A DNA stretch of 41,306 bases from a virus. Its lineage: Duplodnaviria; Caudoviricetes. Both the position numbers and the translations under genes were made by a program. Within the stretch, counting starts at the first letter, position 1; the number at the start of each line of letters is the position of its first letter. Below, piece after piece: positions 38,509 to 41,306 of the stretch. The notes beneath the pieces are model-generated. The model was not told where the DNA came from, did not search any database, and was given only the letters and a program-made list of their open reading frames with translations. Where the stretch lies: positions 1-41,306 of the IMG/VR virus record IMGVR_UViG_3300016263_000355; one strand, given 5' to 3'.

Positions 38509-38689
38509 TGTCTTCAGATAAATTTAATTGTGATCTCTCTTTTCTTAGAGTGTCTATGTTTTCCTCTTCTCTTAAGATCTTCTCTGCCAAGTGATTCAAT
38601 CTTTCGCTCAGCTCTCTTTTTGTCTTTTTTAAGGATCTCTTTCCTCTTATAAGACCTCTTGAGTTTCTCTGTAATCTGTTTGGCTTCAT
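38495..38689 (-). CDS. Small basic coiled-coil protein (64 aa)
   Basis: ATGA-coupled to the exonuclease stop and overlaps the ring gene start by 14 nt. A competing frame (38514-38693) is also open. Confidence 0.5.
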   Translation of the reverse strand: MKPNRLQRNSRGLIRGKRSLKKTKRELSERLNHLAEKILREEENIDTLRKERSQLNLSEDNDAE

Positions 38690-39450
38690 TCATGTTTAGC
38701 TTGCAAAGCTTTATCATATTTGGTTTCAGAGACAGAAAAGTATTTTCCGCAATCTTTACATTGCAGAGTTATATATTTCATACCTGCAGCAGTTATCCTG
38801 TGCTTATTGATTACAGTATTTTGGCTTAGGCATTCAGGGCAAGTAGCAGAATCTCTCTCAAACATCACAGCGCAATTGGTCTTATGAGGAATGTAAGGAT
38901 TCAGTTTTTGAAAGACTTTCTCAAGAAGAACTACATCTTGCTTGCAGTAATCAACCATCTTAGTCAAGGCTTTCTTACTGTTTTTCAGAACAATATCTTT
39001 CCACAGGTCAAACCCGCCTGTTTCCATTTTCTCTCCTACCCCCAGATACTTTCCCAGGTAATCCAACTTATTGGAATTAAACCTGAACTTGCCTCTGCTG
39101 GCTTTCAGAGTATCAATGCTTTTGATATCATGAGTCATATTGATCCCATGATATATACATCTGGTCCTGACCCACTTGATATCAAAGTTGTCAGAGTTAT
39201 GCCCAATTACCTCATCAGCCTCATTGATGACTTTGGCAAACTTTTCCAACATCTTTTTGTCATCACCTTTATTCCAAGTCAGATGATAGACTTTATCATT
39301 ACCTTCATACTTGTAACAGATACAGATAATTGCCCTTTCTTTGACAATATTATCATGTCCTATTCTCACTTCATGCCCTACATTCCAAGAAAACACTAGG
39401 TTTGGACTGGTTTCTATATCAAAAAACAGTCTCTTGAACGCCCTTCCCAT
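38686..39450 (-). CDS. DEDDy 3'-5' exonuclease (RNase_H_2/YprB-like) with C-terminal Zn ribbon
   Basis: FDIETS (ExoI), GHNSDNFD (ExoII), YCKQDV (ExoIII); CPEC...CKDC. Confidence 0.88.
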   Translation of the reverse strand: MGRAFKRLFFDIETSPNLVFSWNVGHEVRIGHDNIVKERAIICICYKYEGNDKVYHLTWNKGDDKKMLEKFAKVINEADEVIGHNSDNFDIKWVRTRCIYHGINMTHDIKSIDTLKASRGKFRFNSNKLDYLGKYLGVGEKMETGGFDLWKDIVLKNSKKALTKMVDYCKQDVVLLEKVFQKLNPYIPHKTNCAVMFERDSATCPECLSQNTVINKHRITAAGMKYITLQCKDCGKYFSVSETKYDKALQAKHE

Positions 39451-39464
39451 CAGTCAGTTTTGGA

Positions 39465-39493
39465 CCTCTGAAACCTTACGGGGTTAGTAGAGG
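39465..39493 (-). other. 5' leader hairpin of the exonuclease gene
   Basis: CCUCU-acu-AACC-ccguaa-GGUU-uc-AGAGG, ending 14 nt before the ATG. Confidence 0.45.
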
Positions 39494-39506
39494 GTATATT
39501 ATGGGA

Positions 39507-39539
39507 TGTAAGTATAATAAATATATTTTAAATAAGCAA
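39507..39539 (-). promoter_or_regulatory. Putative promoter upstream of the exonuclease gene
   Basis: TTGCTT (39539-39534), 17-nt spacer, TATACT (39516-39511). Also shares a 29-nt motif with 21917-21945. Lies in the largest intergenic gap of the operon. Confidence 0.6.
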
Positions 39540-39546
39540 GAAAAAC

Positions 39547-40068
39547 TTACTTTTTCTTTGTAACTGTCTTCACAATAGACACCACAGATCCTGCTAGGAC
39601 AACCCACAGGTTTTTATTGAACATAATCAAGCCTGCCAATAGAGCCAACAGGATCCAGAATCCAATAGCAAAGAACTTAATTACTCCAGGAACCTTCTTG
39701 ACAATCACTATTTCAGTCTTACTGGAATCACTTACAGAAAGCTGATAATGGTCAAGTTGCTGACGTAACTTAGTGATAATCAAGTCTTTCTCATCACAGT
39801 TAGTTTGGACAGTAACCTTACCTTTGTTTACAGCAACTAGGCTGGTGCTAGCTTTACTCTTGACAATAAACACAGTGTCATTGTCACAAGGAATTTGAAA
39901 CCTGACTGTATCTCCAGGAATCTTAATGATAGTGTCTTTGTAAACAGTAGTAGTTTCTGTAATGATAGAATCCCTGTTTACATAGATAATTTGAGGAGCT
40001 TTTGTTTTACATCCTAAAATACTGATAATCAATGCAGTACCTAAGATGATTTTAGTCAGTAACTTCAT
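39547..40068 (-). CDS. Unimolecular spanin (u-spanin)
   Basis: Lipoprotein signal MKLLTKIILGTALIISILG-C, beta-rich periplasmic region, C-terminal TM helix FFAIGFWILLALLAGLIMF. Lies in the lysis cassette. Confidence 0.8.
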   Translation of the reverse strand: MKLLTKIILGTALIISILGCKTKAPQIIYVNRDSIITETTTVYKDTIIKIPGDTVRFQIPCDNDTVFIVKSKASTSLVAVNKGKVTVQTNCDEKDLIITKLRQQLDHYQLSVSDSSKTEIVIVKKVPGVIKFFAIGFWILLALLAGLIMFNKNLWVVLAGSVVSIVKTVTKKK

Positions 40069-40294
40069 TTTCTTTAAAGAGTTTCAATATGAATTTGGCG
40101 GCAATACCAGTTATAGTGCATACACCTGACCACCAATACTTTTGAGCATCAGTAAGGTTAGGAGCATCCTCTATAAGCTTGGTTACAATAGGAATCATTA
40201 CAAGAGCCATATCTCCAAGTACAGAAGCCCATACTTGAGTCTTACGGCTATAAAAATCTGTAATAGTCTGTTTAGGTGTTTGGAACTTCATCAT
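40052..40294 (-). CDS. Small membrane protein, holin/antiholin-like (likely start Met-Met-Lys at 40294/40291)
   Basis: Two hydrophobic segments (WASVLGDMALVMIPIV; WWSGVCTITGIAAKFIL). Located between endolysin and spanin. Confidence 0.55.
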   Translation of the reverse strand: MMKFQTPKQTITDFYSRKTQVWASVLGDMALVMIPIVTKLIEDAPNLTDAQKYWWSGVCTITGIAAKFILKLFKENEVTD

Positions 40295-40721
40295 GGCCAG
40301 GCTTGATTTCAAAATGAGGATAATCTTTGAATTTCTTCCAATCTCCACCCCAACCAAGATTAGGATGGTATTTCTTAGCTATAGCTGCAAACTTGTGAAA
40401 CAGATCTAAGTTCCAATCTAAAACACCGCTAGCTTTTTTAAACCCTACATCAAAGGCTCTGGCAGGAGAATGGTTATGATAAGACTGTCCAGCCTTAGCA
40501 TTAGTGACTTTTTCTCCAGGCTCATCTATCTTACCATTCTTATTATTATCTATGCCATCCCAAGGATAGTTATAAAGCTGAGCTTGCTCCTCATTGGATC
40601 TATAAGTACAGGTAAGCATAGGCTTGGCAAGGTTAGGATAAGTATCCATAAACTCCTTAGAAGCCTTATTCCAGACTTCCTGAAGCGCTGGAATGCAGAA
40701 TTTTATATCTCTTTCTGGCAT
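40272..40721 (-). CDS. Endolysin, peptidase M15 family (L-Ala-D-Glu endopeptidase)
   Basis: YRSNEEQAQLY, VTNAKAGQSYHN...AFDV, WGGDW...DYPHFE motifs (Ply500/CwlK/T5-type). Confidence 0.92.
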   Translation of the reverse strand: MPERDIKFCIPALQEVWNKASKEFMDTYPNLAKPMLTCTYRSNEEQAQLYNYPWDGIDNNKNGKIDEPGEKVTNAKAGQSYHNHSPARAFDVGFKKASGVLDWNLDLFHKFAAIAKKYHPNLGWGGDWKKFKDYPHFEIKPGHDEVPNT

Positions 40722-40722
40722 G

Positions 40723-40965
40723 TTATTTCTTGTTTTTGAATCTCTTTCTGAGATTCACATCAAATCCAAATGCTCTAAGTAGGTTTACAATACCCACTGC
40801 TATGGCTATAACAAAAGAAGTAGTCTGAAGAAACTGAGTCACGTAGTCCCAATCAAGGACAGTGTGTATTACACTGCCGATAGCATACATGCTCCAGCAA
40901 ATTATAAATTCCAGAATACCTACCGCAGGGTCGTTGTGTGAGTTGTACATAGTTGGTTTCATCAT
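40723..40965 (-). CDS. Putative holin (80 aa, two TM segments, basic C-terminus)
   Basis: Hydrophobic helices ILEFIICWSMYAIGSVI and SFVIAIAVGIVNLL; ends LRKRFKNKK. Immediately upstream of the endolysin. Confidence 0.6.
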   Translation of the reverse strand: MMKPTMYNSHNDPAVGILEFIICWSMYAIGSVIHTVLDWDYVTQFLQTTSFVIAIAVGIVNLLRAFGFDVNLRKRFKNKK

Positions 40966-41306
40966 TTAGGAGGTATTGCCGCATAACAATATCTTTTGGT
41001 AAACCACACGAATCCCCTGAAGTTAATCCACTGCTTTTGAAAGGCAGTCATACTACCATAGATGTTGTTATAGGCTTGTTGCTCAATATATAAATAAGGG
41101 TTAATTTGATTTTTTGCAGCTGCTAAAGCAGGCCCAGTAAAAGTATTGCTGGCACCCCAAGCAGTGTTTTCAGCAGATATGATAATATAGAGGTCAATCC
41201 TTTTATTAGCTTGCCTGGCACCTTTAGCAATAATGTCCAGTCTTCCAGCAGTAGCGCCAGTGCTTCTAGCATTAGCATAAGAATAAGTAGGAATACCATT
41301 TTGATA
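40962..41306 (-). CDS. 3' end of a truncated gene (114 aa visible: YQNGIPTYSY...INFRGFVWFTKRYCYAAIPPK)
   Basis: My own translation: the frame is open from the window edge to TGA at 40964-40962, ATGA-coupled to the holin start. Not in the ORF track. Confidence 0.75.
   Translation of the reverse strand, partial: YQNGIPTYSYANARSTGATAGRLDIIAKGARQANKRIDLYIIISAENTAWGASNTFTGPALAAAKNQINPYLYIEQQAYNNIYGSMTAFQKQWINFRGFVWFTKRYCYAAIPPK

Noticed and set aside
40295-40357. Upstream extension of the 101-aa ORF as given in the ORF track
   Set aside because: It overlaps the conserved endolysin C-terminal motifs. The ATGATG at 40294 is a more plausible start.
2396-40739. Numerous 60-200 aa + strand ORFs (e.g. 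5803-6363, 11544-12149, 16335-16928, 38884-39399)
   Set aside because: They are antisense shadows of long - strand genes, with Phe/Ile/Ser-rich composition, mostly TTG/GTG starts and no recognisable motifs.
1-41306. Stop-codon reassignment (TAG->Gln or TGA->Trp), known in some crAss-like phages
   Set aside because: Genes up to 12 kb are uninterrupted in the standard code. TGA and TAG appear as real, coupled or terminator-adjacent stops (1560, 1823, 2068, 37286, 38686).
1-41306. CRISPR arrays, tRNA/rRNA genes, transposases, integrase, DGR repeats
   Set aside because: None recognised by eye. Intergenic gaps are all under 100 nt and show no repeat-spacer or cloverleaf pattern.

Overview
The window is a ~41 kb segment of a crAss-like (Crassvirales-type, probably Bacteroidota-infecting) phage genome read in the standard genetic code. 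Four small + strand genes (1-2068), including a sigma-factor-like ORF, converge on a hairpin terminator (~2092-2116) with a long, tightly packed - strand late operon. In transcription order the operon has: a partial gene; a lysis cassette (holin-like, M15 L-Ala-D-Glu endolysin, second holin-like, unimolecular spanin); a DEDDy exonuclease with its own putative promoter; tail ring, IHF-like, ring and muzzle genes; two mosaic cargo proteins (1845 and 1336 aa); an 833-aa ejection protein followed by a tail-lysozyme ORF; a 4014-aa virion RNA polymerase (DFDID motif); and a 1594-aa protein with zincin-like and PD-(D/E)xK domains. Three signals stand out. (1) An A_AAA_AAG -1 frameshift site with a downstream hairpin or pseudoknot would fuse the 833-aa protein to the lysozyme domain. 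(2) The two giant ejected proteins each carry one cysteine, at the adjoining C- and N-termini, suggesting a head-to-tail disulfide tether. (3) The two cargo proteins are punctuated by recurrent xxxGG / MAKNG motifs that bracket discrete modules, suggesting processed polyproteins. All family assignments come from motif recognition by eye; no searches were run.
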